Source: Rubripirellula sp. (GTDB lineage: Bacteria; Planctomycetota; Planctomycetia; Pirellulales; Pirellulaceae). Taken from it: a stretch of 64,000 nt of DNA. Positions 28,800 through 39,049 of this stretch are shown one piece after another. Under the pieces are notes generated by a model, which saw nothing but the letters and a program-made list of their open reading frames with translations, was not told the origin of the DNA and ran no database searches. The stretch spans positions 992,001-1,056,000 of the forward strand of contig OZ244207.1 in NCBI GenBank assembly GCA_965216875.1, read 5' to 3'. A program made the translations under genes and the position numbers. Each line of letters opens with the position of its first letter. Positions within the stretch are counted from its first letter, which is position 1.

Positions 28800-30776
28800 T
28801 TATTTTGCTTTCCGGCCGCTGATCGGGTCGGCCATCTTCGCTCGCCATTGTGCGTGCAGCTTCGTCATCGACTTGACGCGTTCCGGGTACTTGGCGGCGA
28901 CGTCAGTCGTTTCGCCGGGGTCGTCAGCCAAGTTGTAGAGGTGCGTGCCAGCCGGAATCGGGATTTTGAGAAACTCGGAATCAACTAAACCCGACTCATC
29001 GAGCTGGTACATCAGGTAGTCTCGCGCGGTTTCGCGAAACACCAATTTCCAGTCGCCTTGCATGGTGATCCAGGTGGGTGTCTTGTTCCCACAATCCCAA
29101 AACAGGGGTTCGGTGTGTACGGTCTTGGCTTTGCCCTCAAGCAACGGCAGGAAACTCTTGCCGTCGATCTCTTGTGCCGGTTCGATTTCAAGGATTTCAG
29201 CCAGACTTGCAAAGACATCTCGATGGGTCACAACCGCATCGTGTGTCGAGTTCATCGCGACACGCGCTGGCCACGACAAGATCATCGGGACTTTAATCCC
29301 GCCATCCATCAAGCAGTATTTGTAGGCGTTGAGATCGCCATTGTTGGCATAGGATTGATTCGACCCGCCATTGTCGGATGAGAAGACGATGATCGTGTGT
29401 TCTCTCAGGCCGTTGTGCTCTAGCGTCTCGACGAGTTGGCCGATCACGGTATCCATCAGTTCAAGGTGTGCGAGATAAATCTTGCGGCCGTAAGGGTCGG
29501 CGATACCAAGATGGCACGTTTGGTCATACCACTCTTTGAAACTAGGCTGCGCGATGGGATCCCAAATCGGATAAGCCCATTGATTGGCGTTGCGATCAAA
29601 CGTTCGGTCAGGGATGCCATACTTTTTCCTCAATTGTTCCGGTGCATGTGTAAGCGGAGTATGGACAGCGTTGAATTCGAGTTGCAAATAGAACGGCTTC
29701 TCGCTCTTTCGGGAGACAAACGCGTTTGATTCGCGGCCGAACACTTCGGTGGTTGTCGTGTTTTCGAAAGACTCGGCCTGTTTGCCATCTCGGATCAGCG
29801 GCCCGAATGGCGCTTGAGTCGACTTCTTTGCACTGCCGGGACTGCGACGTTCGTAGGCGGCGACGTCCTTTTCGCTCAACATGTGGTAGTGCCACGAATG
29901 ATGCGTGAATGCCAGCGATTGATCAAAGCCATGTTCGATTGGCTCTTCTTTAGGGCCGCCGTTGAGATGTGTTTTACCGATTTTCATTGTTCGATAGCCT
30001 GCGCCACGAAACATTTCAGCCATCGTTTGTTCGGTCGTCGGCAATCCACCCTGGCCGTAGTAGTAAGCGCCCCAACGCTGTGCGTATCGGCCCGTGGAAA
30101 GCGCCAATCGCGAGTTGCTGCAAACGGGCGAGGCGGCGTAGGCATTGCGGAATATAGCGCCTGATTCGGCAAGACGATCGAGATTAGGCGTGCTGGCGTC
30201 TTGGCTGGTAACGTCGTGAAATCCGACGTCGGCATAACCGAGATCGTCGGCGAGGATGACGATCACGTTGGGCTTGTTGAAAGCGCGAGCGGATCGATTG
30301 GGTTGGGTCTTTATTTTTCGATAGGCGGCGCGTTGCTCTTGCGTGAGCAGTGCCAGTGCATCGGATTGGAACTGTTTGTTTCCATGGTGTGTTTCGCGAA
30401 ATGCCGCAGCCTGCTGTGCGTTCAGACCGGCGTGCTGCTGGACGTGACTCCAAAGTGCATCATCCTTGAGGTTGAGTTGTTTCGCTTTCGAGAACGCTTT
30501 GTCGCGGGCTTTGACTAGTTCCTTGGTGATGCCTGCATGTTGGCGGAGCGCGTGGACCTTTTCACGATGCTTGACGCTCAGTGCATCCAGTTCCGCCATT
30601 TGATCGGGCGTTGCACCAATTCGATTAAACTTTTCCTCGGCGCGTCGGGTGACCAGCAGATGTCGTGGCGGTTGAGTGATTCCCGTTTCTTGCGATCGGA
30701 GTGCTTGGGTCTCTGCGGTGATTGGCACGAGAGCGGTGATGAACAGAAGTCGACGCAGGACAGGATTCATTTGCAT
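28800..30776 (-). CDS. Sulfatase (S1) with N-terminal helical LTXXQ-like extension
   Basis: KPNVIVILADDLG, VCSNSR..LSTGR, GKTH, SDNGG. Confidence 0.9.
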   Translation of the reverse strand: MQMNPVLRRLLFITALVPITAETQALRSQETGITQPPRHLLVTRRAEEKFNRIGATPDQMAELDALSVKHREKVHALRQHAGITKELVKARDKAFSKAKQLNLKDDALWSHVQQHAGLNAQQAAAFRETHHGNKQFQSDALALLTQEQRAAYRKIKTQPNRSARAFNKPNVIVILADDLGYADVGFHDVTSQDASTPNLDRLAESGAIFRNAYAASPVCSNSRLALSTGRYAQRWGAYYYGQGGLPTTEQTMAEMFRGAGYRTMKIGKTHLNGGPKEEPIEHGFDQSLAFTHHSWHYHMLSEKDVAAYERRSPGSAKKSTQAPFGPLIRDGKQAESFENTTTTEVFGRESNAFVSRKSEKPFYLQLEFNAVHTPLTHAPEQLRKKYGIPDRTFDRNANQWAYPIWDPIAQPSFKEWYDQTCHLGIADPYGRKIYLAHLELMDTVIGQLVETLEHNGLREHTIIVFSSDNGGSNQSYANNGDLNAYKYCLMDGGIKVPMILSWPARVAMNSTHDAVVTHRDVFASLAEILEIEPAQEIDGKSFLPLLEGKAKTVHTEPLFWDCGNKTPTWITMQGDWKLVFRETARDYLMYQLDESGLVDSEFLKIPIPAGTHLYNLADDPGETTDVAAKYPERVKSMTKLHAQWRAKMADPISGRKAK

Positions 30777-31020
30777 GAGCTTTTGTTCCAAGCTGGGCAG
30801 CAGTGAAGTGTCTGGGCAGCAGTGAAGAGCAATCGGCGCGGGCGGTCACGGGCCTGTTTTGCCGCGAGCCCATATCAACCTATTCCCGAATCACCGTCGG
30901 TCTGACGCATGGAATGGCGATTTTGCCCGATTTTTGCGGGCTACCGAGAGGCGTCGCGCCGCGCGTTGGGGTATTTGGTACGCTTTGAATGGGAAGCGAG
31001 ATGGAGGGGGCTGCAACGCG

Positions 31021-31602
31021 ATGGCTGGTGACAATTCACTTGGTACGGGCGCTTACTACCGCAAGGAAGACTACGCGGGATTTCTGCGGCGTCTCATTGT
31101 TATCTTTGTAGATAGCGCCTTGTTGGTTGCGTTTGGATCGGGTCTTTGGGTTGCATTAATACTTGCCGCCTGGGCCGTCCGCCCGAACTACGATCCCTCG
31201 TTTATCTTCTTGGCGGTTTGGCTGTCCTTCGCATGGACCTATTTGGTCCTGATGAAGCGTTCTCGCATCCGCACGGTTGGGTACCAACTGGTCGGGGTCA
31301 AGATCGTCTCGACCAAGGCGGAACGACCGTCCGTTTGGGCGATGACATTTCGGATGATGCTGTGGATCTTTGGACCGATCAACATGCTGTTTGATTTGCT
31401 TTGGCTTGGTGCCGATAGCGAGAATCAATCACTCCGAGATTGTTTCGCAGGGACTTACGTCGTGCGAAAAAACGCCGAGCCAATTGGTTTTGCGCCGATG
31501 CACCTGACGCGGTACGCTGGCGCTGGTCTGTTCCTTTCCTACCCTCGCGTCTGTAGGCCCGCGGTTGACGACGGCGACAGCTTCACCAGCGAGCGGCAAT
31601 GA
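31021..31602 (+). CDS. RDD family membrane protein
   Basis: YAGFLRRLI..FVD, TVG..LVGVKIV, QSLRD.FAGTYVV. Confidence 0.88.
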   Translation: MAGDNSLGTGAYYRKEDYAGFLRRLIVIFVDSALLVAFGSGLWVALILAAWAVRPNYDPSFIFLAVWLSFAWTYLVLMKRSRIRTVGYQLVGVKIVSTKAERPSVWAMTFRMMLWIFGPINMLFDLLWLGADSENQSLRDCFAGTYVVRKNAEPIGFAPMHLTRYAGAGLFLSYPRVCRPAVDDGDSFTSERQ

Positions 31603-31644
31603 GATCAATGTGTCAACCTTTGACTGGGCGTCTACCAGAGCCAT

Positions 31645-33543
31645 TCAATGGCTGTCACGCAACGAGATGTAAACGTAGTAGGCTGCCGTTTCAGAATCAT
31701 CGTCTGAAATGAGGGTCGCTTTCAGTCGCTGTAGTCCTGTCGTTAAGTCGACGGCGAAGACCGCTTGTTGGTCCTCTTGGGCCACGCGAACCGTTCGATC
31801 GAAATCGCCCACCTGCAATTGCACCTGTGCAACTTCAATCGCTTGGCTTGGCAAATTCATCGTCTTGTTGTTTTCGTCGTGTTTTGACTCGTCGATTGGA
31901 TGTCCCAGCGTCGTGTCTGAGAGTGAACAATCGACTTCGCGCGGCCATCGACGGACGACGAATTCGTATTGCCCCGATTGTTTGACGTCGATCCAAGTCC
32001 AAGCTTCGGGGATGGGCATTGCGTTTCGGACATGATGCTGGCTGTAGGCGACTCTCGCACCGAGCAGATTTTGTGAGCTAATGGTTGTTGTTGCTTGTTG
32101 GTTTGGATCGATTTCAAATGCGTTTGGCTTGCCGAAGTTCTTGGAAACGCTGTCCCACCAATGCTCGTAGGCTTGACGCATTTGTTTGCATTTGTGCGCG
32201 TGTTGTGACGCAATGTCATGATGCTGACCAGGATCTTGCCGAAGGTCGAACAGTTGCGAACCGACTAATCGCCAAGGACCTGACATCACTGCAAAGTCTT
32301 TGCCGTGGATGGGCATCCCATCGCCAATCGGCTTTGCAAAACGACCTTGGTGGTGGACGACCATTGTTCGCTGTGGCACACGCTGTCTCGGCTGCTTCAG
32401 TACTGCTGCGAGCGAGATACCGTCGAATTCGATTTCATGCGGCAGCGACAGCCCACACAAGTCGATCAGAGTCGGCATCAAATCAAGATGGGCAGTCAAG
32501 CCACTGACGTCCTTACCGCCGTTGATGTTGCCGCCTGGCCAATGGATGAAGCAGGCAGCCCGGTGCCCACCTTCGTAGGCCGACGCTTTGCGGCCACGCA
32601 TTCCTGAATTGAACCCGCCCGTCTTCGTTGTCGACTCAACCCAGCCATTGCGGTCCGGTTTGCCGTTGTTCGTGAGCGTGACCCCGTGTCCCGTGCCGTT
32701 ATCGTTAAGGAATACGAGGAGGGTGTCGCGATCAAGATTCAACGCGGCAAGGTCGGCACGCAGCTGTTTCAGGTTCTCGTCGATGCAGGCAATCATGCCA
32801 TAAAAGTGTGCGCGCGAATGCGGTATGGCTGGGTTGTTGAGCAGCGGTGTGACGAATTTTTCGGGAACGTGCAGCGGCCCATGAGGCGCGTTGGTGGGTA
32901 GATAGAGAAAGAACGGGCGGTCGCGGTTGCGTCTGACAAATTCCCTGGCTTCGCGGAACCAAACGTCGGTGCAATACCCTTGCACCTGTTCGGGTTCGTT
33001 ATTGCGAAAGTAAACGTCGTCGTAATAATCGTTGTTCCAATGGTCCGGCGTTTCGCCGATCATCCCACCCCCATGAATCAATGCTTCGTCGAACCCGCGG
33101 TCGGTAGGGCGAAACGGATAGTTATCGCCAAGGTGCCACTTGCCAAAGATCGCAGTGCGGTAGCCGTTGTCTCGAAACGCATTGGCGAGCGTCGTTTCGT
33201 CACGTTGAAGATGGTGTCGGCTCCCATACGTCAGCCAGACGCCGACGCGGGATGAATAACGACCGGTTAGCAGAGCCGCGCGAGTGGGCGAACAGGTTGG
33301 ATCGACATGAAAGTCGGTCAAACGAACTGAATCGCGGTGCAGTGAGTCGATGGCTGGAGTTTGAATGTAAGGGTTGCCGTGACAAGACATGTCGCCGTGT
33401 CCCTGGTCGTCGGTAAGAATGACGATCACGTTCGGCTTTGGGGATGCTTGGTCGGCGGCGCTGGCACTACCTGCAGCGGCAAACGTCAGCAACGCGAGGG
33501 CAAGACTCTGGTGGAATAGGGGATGACTGTTTGGGATCTGCAT
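31645..33543 (-). CDS. Arylsulfatase (S1)
   Basis: PNVIVILTDDQG, CSPTRAALLTGR, GKWHLG, EGGHR. Confidence 0.93.
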   Translation of the reverse strand: MQIPNSHPLFHQSLALALLTFAAAGSASAADQASPKPNVIVILTDDQGHGDMSCHGNPYIQTPAIDSLHRDSVRLTDFHVDPTCSPTRAALLTGRYSSRVGVWLTYGSRHHLQRDETTLANAFRDNGYRTAIFGKWHLGDNYPFRPTDRGFDEALIHGGGMIGETPDHWNNDYYDDVYFRNNEPEQVQGYCTDVWFREAREFVRRNRDRPFFLYLPTNAPHGPLHVPEKFVTPLLNNPAIPHSRAHFYGMIACIDENLKQLRADLAALNLDRDTLLVFLNDNGTGHGVTLTNNGKPDRNGWVESTTKTGGFNSGMRGRKASAYEGGHRAACFIHWPGGNINGGKDVSGLTAHLDLMPTLIDLCGLSLPHEIEFDGISLAAVLKQPRQRVPQRTMVVHHQGRFAKPIGDGMPIHGKDFAVMSGPWRLVGSQLFDLRQDPGQHHDIASQHAHKCKQMRQAYEHWWDSVSKNFGKPNAFEIDPNQQATTTISSQNLLGARVAYSQHHVRNAMPIPEAWTWIDVKQSGQYEFVVRRWPREVDCSLSDTTLGHPIDESKHDENNKTMNLPSQAIEVAQVQLQVGDFDRTVRVAQEDQQAVFAVDLTTGLQRLKATLISDDDSETAAYYVYISLRDSH

Positions 33544-33710
33544 GATCACGTTCGTTGAATTTGAGCTGGCTTCGAGGTACACGCCAGTCCTGACGCGTCC
33601 CTCTTTAGATACCGTATCCCGCAAAGATCTGCCGCAGAATCTACATCATTTTGGCAACGGCAACGGTCATCAGTACTTTCACGGAAAGGCAAAGTTGATT
33701 GTGCCCGTTC

Positions 33711-33875
33711 GTAGTACCGGCTTCAGCCGGAATCTTCTGGCTCTTCCGCCTAAAGGCGCCTAAAGGCGGGATTACGAACGATGTGAGCCGAACGCGCTAG
33801 CGTCGGGCCTTGCGTTCGATTTTTTGTCATGCGGAGCATGACCTACAATTGCTTGTCATGCCGAGCATGACCTAC
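33711..33875. repeat. Mosaic of REP families A, C and B (x2)
   Basis: Matches copies at 13, 60920 and 8890. Confidence 0.8.
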
Positions 33876-33883
33876 GAACGACG

Positions 33884-35392
33884 CTAGTGATTGGTTTGTT
33901 TGACCAATTCGACGTAGAGTCGATCGAGTAGCTCGTTTGCCGAGAAGGGTTTTCGGATTGGAGCACAGGCTTCTGGATCGATGTGGTGAAACCTGAGTCG
34001 ATCGTCGGTGTAACCGGTCAAATAAACGACTGGGACGTCGCAGCCCATGGAACGCGCTCTGTCGGCGAAAGCTGGACCATTCATTTCCGGCATGATGATG
34101 TCTGAAAGCACGAGGTCGAAGCTTCGGTCTTGTACCTTCGCAAGGGCCTCGACGCCGTCGCCGGTTGAGACGACCAGCATTTCTTCGGTTTCCAAGATGC
34201 CGGTGATCAAGTTGCGAATGCGCGGGTCATCTTCGACCACCAAGATTTGGGTTCCTCGAAGGGTTTGCCTGCGCTGATCGATCAAGTTGTCGCCGGTGGA
34301 TACCATCACCACTTCACCCGGATCGTGTAGTGGAAACAGCAAGTCGATCGTTGTGCCCCGATCAAGTTCGCTATCGATCTGAACCGAACCTCCCGCTTCG
34401 CGCATGATTTTGCAAACCGATGCCAAGCCGAGTCCGGTGCCAGCTCCGGCCGCTTTGGTGGTGAAAAATGGCTCGAACGCTTTCTCTTGCGTTTCGTAAC
34501 TCATCCCAGACCCCGTATCCGAAAACGAAACCTTGGCTTGGTTTTCTTGAGTGACCGTAACGGATAGGTCAATGCGTCCGCCGTTTGGCATCGCGTCTCG
34601 GGAATTCGACGCCAGGTTCAGCAAGACGAGTTCGACGTTGCCGATTTCCGTTTGGATCCAAAGTGGCGTGTCGGGCCCGGTGTATTTGAGGGCAACGTCT
34701 TCGCCAACGAGCTTTTGAGCCAAGGGCAAGGTCGAGCGAATCGATTCGGTCAAATCGAGTCGCACCAATTGGCCACGATCTTTTCGGCTAACGGAAAGGA
34801 GTTTTCGAATCAATGATGCCGCGAGTGCTCCGGCGCGGTTGATTTCCAAAGCCCAATGGCGCCACTCGGAATGATCTTTGAGCACATCGGCAAGTAACCC
34901 CGAGTAGGTGATGATCGGAGCGAGCGTGTTGTTGAAGTCGTGTGCGATGCCGCTGGTAAGATTCCCGAGCACGTTCATCTTTTGCGCGTGCCGGACTTGT
35001 TTCTCGAGGTCCTTTTGTTCGCTCAGCTCGCGCCACGCGATGTGCAACATCGGTTCGCCGTCGGCAACGATTTCGGTCAAAAGGACTTCGACCGGGAACT
35101 CCTCGCCGTCGGACCGCCGGTGCACCCACTCGAAACGCTGGTTGCCAGCTTCACGGCTCAGGGCAAGTATCTCGTTGGCTTTGTCAAACGATCGCTTGCC
35201 ATCGGGTTGATAGACGGGCGAAATCTTGGATGGATGACACTGTAGCAATGACTGTTTGTCGGCGAACCGAAGCATGTCGACAGCCGCCTGGTTGCAGTCC
35301 ACGAAGCGATCGCCTTTGATGATAAGCATCGCATCCGCAGATTTTTCAAACAGGGCGCGGTATCGATCGCTCTCGGTGTCGTCGGAATTCAT
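33884..35392 (-). CDS. PAS hybrid histidine kinase/response regulator
   Basis: PAS, H-box GIAHDFNN, N/G boxes (NSRDA, DTGSG, GTGLGL), receiver EDD..SDIIMP. Confidence 0.93.
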   Translation of the reverse strand: MNSDDTESDRYRALFEKSADAMLIIKGDRFVDCNQAAVDMLRFADKQSLLQCHPSKISPVYQPDGKRSFDKANEILALSREAGNQRFEWVHRRSDGEEFPVEVLLTEIVADGEPMLHIAWRELSEQKDLEKQVRHAQKMNVLGNLTSGIAHDFNNTLAPIITYSGLLADVLKDHSEWRHWALEINRAGALAASLIRKLLSVSRKDRGQLVRLDLTESIRSTLPLAQKLVGEDVALKYTGPDTPLWIQTEIGNVELVLLNLASNSRDAMPNGGRIDLSVTVTQENQAKVSFSDTGSGMSYETQEKAFEPFFTTKAAGAGTGLGLASVCKIMREAGGSVQIDSELDRGTTIDLLFPLHDPGEVVMVSTGDNLIDQRRQTLRGTQILVVEDDPRIRNLITGILETEEMLVVSTGDGVEALAKVQDRSFDLVLSDIIMPEMNGPAFADRARSMGCDVPVVYLTGYTDDRLRFHHIDPEACAPIRKPFSANELLDRLYVELVKQTNH

Positions 35393-35641
35393 CGCTTTAC
35401 ATGTCCAGGGTACCGGTAGCGATTGATGGAGTAGCAAGTGGGTGTTCTCGTTTTCCCCCACCAGGATTTTAGCAGGTCTCGGTCCTGCCATGAGCGTCGA
35501 GAGACCGGTCGCCCTGTCGGCAATAGGCTCGATTTTGGTGCTGGAATGGCCATTGTGGAGCATGGTTGAATACAATCGTTACTCAACCACATAATCCCGA
35601 CACACTTGATCCATCCAATCACCCAATCGTCCGACTCGCCG

Positions 35642-36433
35642 ATGAGACTCATACCCGTCCTTTTCTTCGTTTTGATGTCCGCCCTTACATCGGAGCTGCC
35701 CGCCAACGACGCGGGTGCGTGGCCCGAACTGAGTGGCGATGGTGTCACCGCCGCGGTGGACGGAAGAACGCTCACGCTTGAGCTTGATGCGGACACGGTC
35801 AAAGAAGGGAAGGTGGTCTTGCCGCGGTTATGCGCCACGATCCGCTCGGTACAGTGGCGGGGACATGCCGACGCGAAGATCGAGATTCGGCCTGAACAAA
35901 CGGAGTGGACCTTCACCTGGAAATCAGCGCCAGCAGATGCATCTGTGATCGAAATTGTGTTTGATACAGCGCCCTTGTTTCCAAAGGATTGCCCGATCGC
36001 GACCGCGCTTGGCGATGGTTCGGTCATGCTTCATGCTTGGCAAGCCGAAACGTTTGGCGACAAGATCCTGTTTGAACCCCAGTGGTACAAGAACACCGTT
36101 GGCTATTGGGTCGACGACAAGGCCTATGCGACTTGGGATCTCGAGGTGGAACAGCCGGGAACCTATTCGATCGCCGTGTTGCAAGGTTGTGGCAAAGGTC
36201 AGGGCGGCAGCGATGCCGTCGTGACCCTGAGCAAGGATGGTAAGGCAAAGGCGACGCTGCCGTTTCGAACGCTCGACACCGGGCACTTCCAGAACTTTCG
36301 CTGGATTCACCTGGGCATGATTGAGCTCTCCGAAGCAGGGGCCTACGAGTTGCGCATCAGTGTCAAGAAGATTGCCAAGGTCGCACTGTTTGATGTGCGG
36401 AACATCCACCTTGTGCGACAAGCTCAGCCATAG
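35642..36433 (+). CDS. Secreted protein with carbohydrate-binding-module-like C-terminal beta-sandwich
   Basis: Signal peptide; KNTVGYW, PGTY, DTGHFQNF. Confidence 0.7.
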   Translation: MRLIPVLFFVLMSALTSELPANDAGAWPELSGDGVTAAVDGRTLTLELDADTVKEGKVVLPRLCATIRSVQWRGHADAKIEIRPEQTEWTFTWKSAPADASVIEIVFDTAPLFPKDCPIATALGDGSVMLHAWQAETFGDKILFEPQWYKNTVGYWVDDKAYATWDLEVEQPGTYSIAVLQGCGKGQGGSDAVVTLSKDGKAKATLPFRTLDTGHFQNFRWIHLGMIELSEAGAYELRISVKKIAKVALFDVRNIHLVRQAQP

Positions 36434-36451
36434 TCGAGCGACGCAGACCGC

Positions 36452-39049
36452 TCATTTCGTTCGGAAGACCTCGCTGTCTACTAAGTCAGCGATGAGGTCG
36501 CCGAACTTCAGGTTGTTGTCTTTGGCTGCATCAACGATGTCAGCAACGATTTTTCTTTCGCGGTAGTTGAGCGAACGCCCGGTTGCATAGGTCAATAACT
36601 TCTCGCTCAGGCAACAAGCAAATCGCGTAGGGTGATCGGTCAGGTATTTCTTCAGGTCGGTGACGTCACGCAGCTCTTCGCCGCTGGGGAGTGTGCCCGT
36701 TGCATCGATCGGGGATCCATCCTTGCGTTTGCTGCTTCCCTCTTGATCGAAGTATGCGGGGTACGTTTCTCTCCAGCGACCGATGGGGTCGAAGTTCTCG
36801 AGCACAAAGCCAAGCGGATCGATTTCGCGATGGCATGCGGCGCAGGATTGTTCGGCCATGTGTGTGGCCAATCTGGCTTTGGGAGTCGTTGCGCCGCCAA
36901 TGTCAGGGGTGAGTGCCGGAACGGCCTTAGGCGGCTCTGGCGGCGGTGAGCCCAAGATGTTTTCGAGCAACCAAACTCCTCGAAGCACCGGTTGGGTATC
37001 AACGCCGTTTGCCGTCGCCATCATGACTGCCGGCATCCCCAACAATCCGCCCACGCGACCTGATGGGTCGATGGCCACTTGCCGCATGCCCTTTTTGGCT
37101 TTCTGTTTCGCCTTTTTCGACCCCGCTTTCAGGCTTGGCAACTGGTAGATGTCTTTGCCGATCACCTCATCGGTGAAAACGAAATCTGGCGTGATGAGAT
37201 CGGTCACGTCTTGGTTGTTGTCCAACACATGGCGAAAGGTAAGCACGACTTCTTGCTGCATGCCCTGTCGATGCGCGGCGGTGAAGTTGCGAATCAAGCG
37301 TGCGTCGGGCATCAGTCGGTCGACCGCATCGAGGCCGAGCCACTGGTGCGTGAAGTCGGTGGCGAAGGTGTTGGAGTTCTTGAGCAGGCGTCGCGTTTGT
37401 TTTCGCAGTTCGCTTGGAGTCGATAGTTTTCCTGATGCGGCCAACTTCATCAAAGTCGCATCGGGCGGTCCCGACGTCAAGAAATAGGAGAGCCGGCTTG
37501 CGAGTTCGTGGCTAGAAAGCTCTCCAGCCCCAATGCTGCGATAGAGGAACGCTGGCGAAATCAATGCGGTGCGAATTGCCAAGTGCATTCCGGCGTCGAG
37601 CGAGCCGTTCGCTTGCCGCTCGTTGTCGACAAGTCGAACGTAGCTGTCGACTTCCGCTTCGGTTGCTGCGCGACGGAAAGTCGTACTTAGAAACTTGGTG
37701 AAGAAGCGTTTCAAAGCAGTTTGATCCGACTCTGGCGAGAGCTCGCCAAGGAACTGTTTGCGTTGTCGGTCCCGACGCTGTTGATCTCGGTCATCGTAGG
37801 GTTCGATAGGACCGATGATCTTGATGTTTTCGATCGCGATGTAAGGTCCTTCTTCAAAGAACTTGTAGACCAGCGTCTCACCGCTGGACACCGCGTTCTT
37901 TGAGACCGATTTGACAGCCTGTTGGAGTGCATCGCTGTCGGGTTGAAATTGCGAGACTTCGAGATCGTCATCGGCCATGACCTGTTTGAGTCGCTCCCAT
38001 CCGCTACCGCCGCGGGCTGGCGAACCGAGCTTTTTCCAGGCAGCCGCGATCTGAGGTTCTCGCAAAAACAGCGACTCTAAAAACTCAGGGTAGGCCGCTT
38101 TGTCTTCGTAGTTGAACGGCCCGTTGGAATAACGCGCGCGAACCGTTGCGCCAGCATCGAGGCCGATTTCAAACTCGAAGGTTCGTGTGCCGCCCGGCTC
38201 GATGGACAATGCCTTCTGACGCGGCGCCGTGCCAGTCATTTGGCTCGATTCGACCAGTAATTCCGGCACGTGACCCGATGCCTTTCTTGGATCGAAACTC
38301 GATGCCGTGATTGCGACTCGGTAGCGACCACTCGCCGGTGCCTCGAACTTGGTGGGCCAAGTTGCATGGCGTACGGCGTTGCTGCCGGACGATGCAAGCC
38401 GCATGGCTCCATCAATCAAGCAAGCGGACGAATAGCTAATGACAAGTTCTGGGGCCGGGACGTCAAATGTCTTGACCGCGGTCGGCTTCGTTTCGGGCGG
38501 GAAGAACTGGTCCGCGATTTCGGTTGCGGCGTCGGCGAGCGCTTCCAAGTGCGAAGCGGCAATCACGAGAGCTTCGCCTTGGTTGTCGAATCCGTGTTGT
38601 TCGTTGTCGGGCGGGAAGCCATCTGGGAGCGAATAGTTTTCCAGTCCGAAGATTTCTGAGACGGTGTTGGCGTATTCACGTCCGCTCAAACGACGAAGCG
38701 GCGTGCCGCCGATCGGGCTGTTTTCAATCAAAGCTCTGTCGAGCCAATCGAGAACCACTTTCCGCTGACGCTCGCTGGGTTGGTCCATGTCGGCAGGCGG
38801 CATGATCTTTTTTACGATCATGGTGTGGGCGAGTTCAAGCGACGAGATGACGTTGGCGTCATCCCAGTCCGGAGACGCAACCGGCAGGACAAAGTCGCCT
38901 TCTGCTGCCACGTTGTCATGGCAATCCATGCAGTATTGGCGCAGGACCTTTACCCCGTCCTCGATGCCGCTCTCTTCGGCCTGGCATTGAACCAGAGGCC
39001 ACAGCGTTGATGCGGCAATGAGAACAAAAACGCAACTACGCCCAATCAT
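36452..39049 (-). CDS. DUF1592 cytochrome-domain protein, copy 2
   Basis: CMDCH and CAACH; RRLSGREYANT; LASRLSYFL. Confidence 0.9.
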   Translation of the reverse strand: MIGRSCVFVLIAASTLWPLVQCQAEESGIEDGVKVLRQYCMDCHDNVAAEGDFVLPVASPDWDDANVISSLELAHTMIVKKIMPPADMDQPSERQRKVVLDWLDRALIENSPIGGTPLRRLSGREYANTVSEIFGLENYSLPDGFPPDNEQHGFDNQGEALVIAASHLEALADAATEIADQFFPPETKPTAVKTFDVPAPELVISYSSACLIDGAMRLASSGSNAVRHATWPTKFEAPASGRYRVAITASSFDPRKASGHVPELLVESSQMTGTAPRQKALSIEPGGTRTFEFEIGLDAGATVRARYSNGPFNYEDKAAYPEFLESLFLREPQIAAAWKKLGSPARGGSGWERLKQVMADDDLEVSQFQPDSDALQQAVKSVSKNAVSSGETLVYKFFEEGPYIAIENIKIIGPIEPYDDRDQQRRDRQRKQFLGELSPESDQTALKRFFTKFLSTTFRRAATEAEVDSYVRLVDNERQANGSLDAGMHLAIRTALISPAFLYRSIGAGELSSHELASRLSYFLTSGPPDATLMKLAASGKLSTPSELRKQTRRLLKNSNTFATDFTHQWLGLDAVDRLMPDARLIRNFTAAHRQGMQQEVVLTFRHVLDNNQDVTDLITPDFVFTDEVIGKDIYQLPSLKAGSKKAKQKAKKGMRQVAIDPSGRVGGLLGMPAVMMATANGVDTQPVLRGVWLLENILGSPPPEPPKAVPALTPDIGGATTPKARLATHMAEQSCAACHREIDPLGFVLENFDPIGRWRETYPAYFDQEGSSKRKDGSPIDATGTLPSGEELRDVTDLKKYLTDHPTRFACCLSEKLLTYATGRSLNYRERKIVADIVDAAKDNNLKFGDLIADLVDSEVFRTK

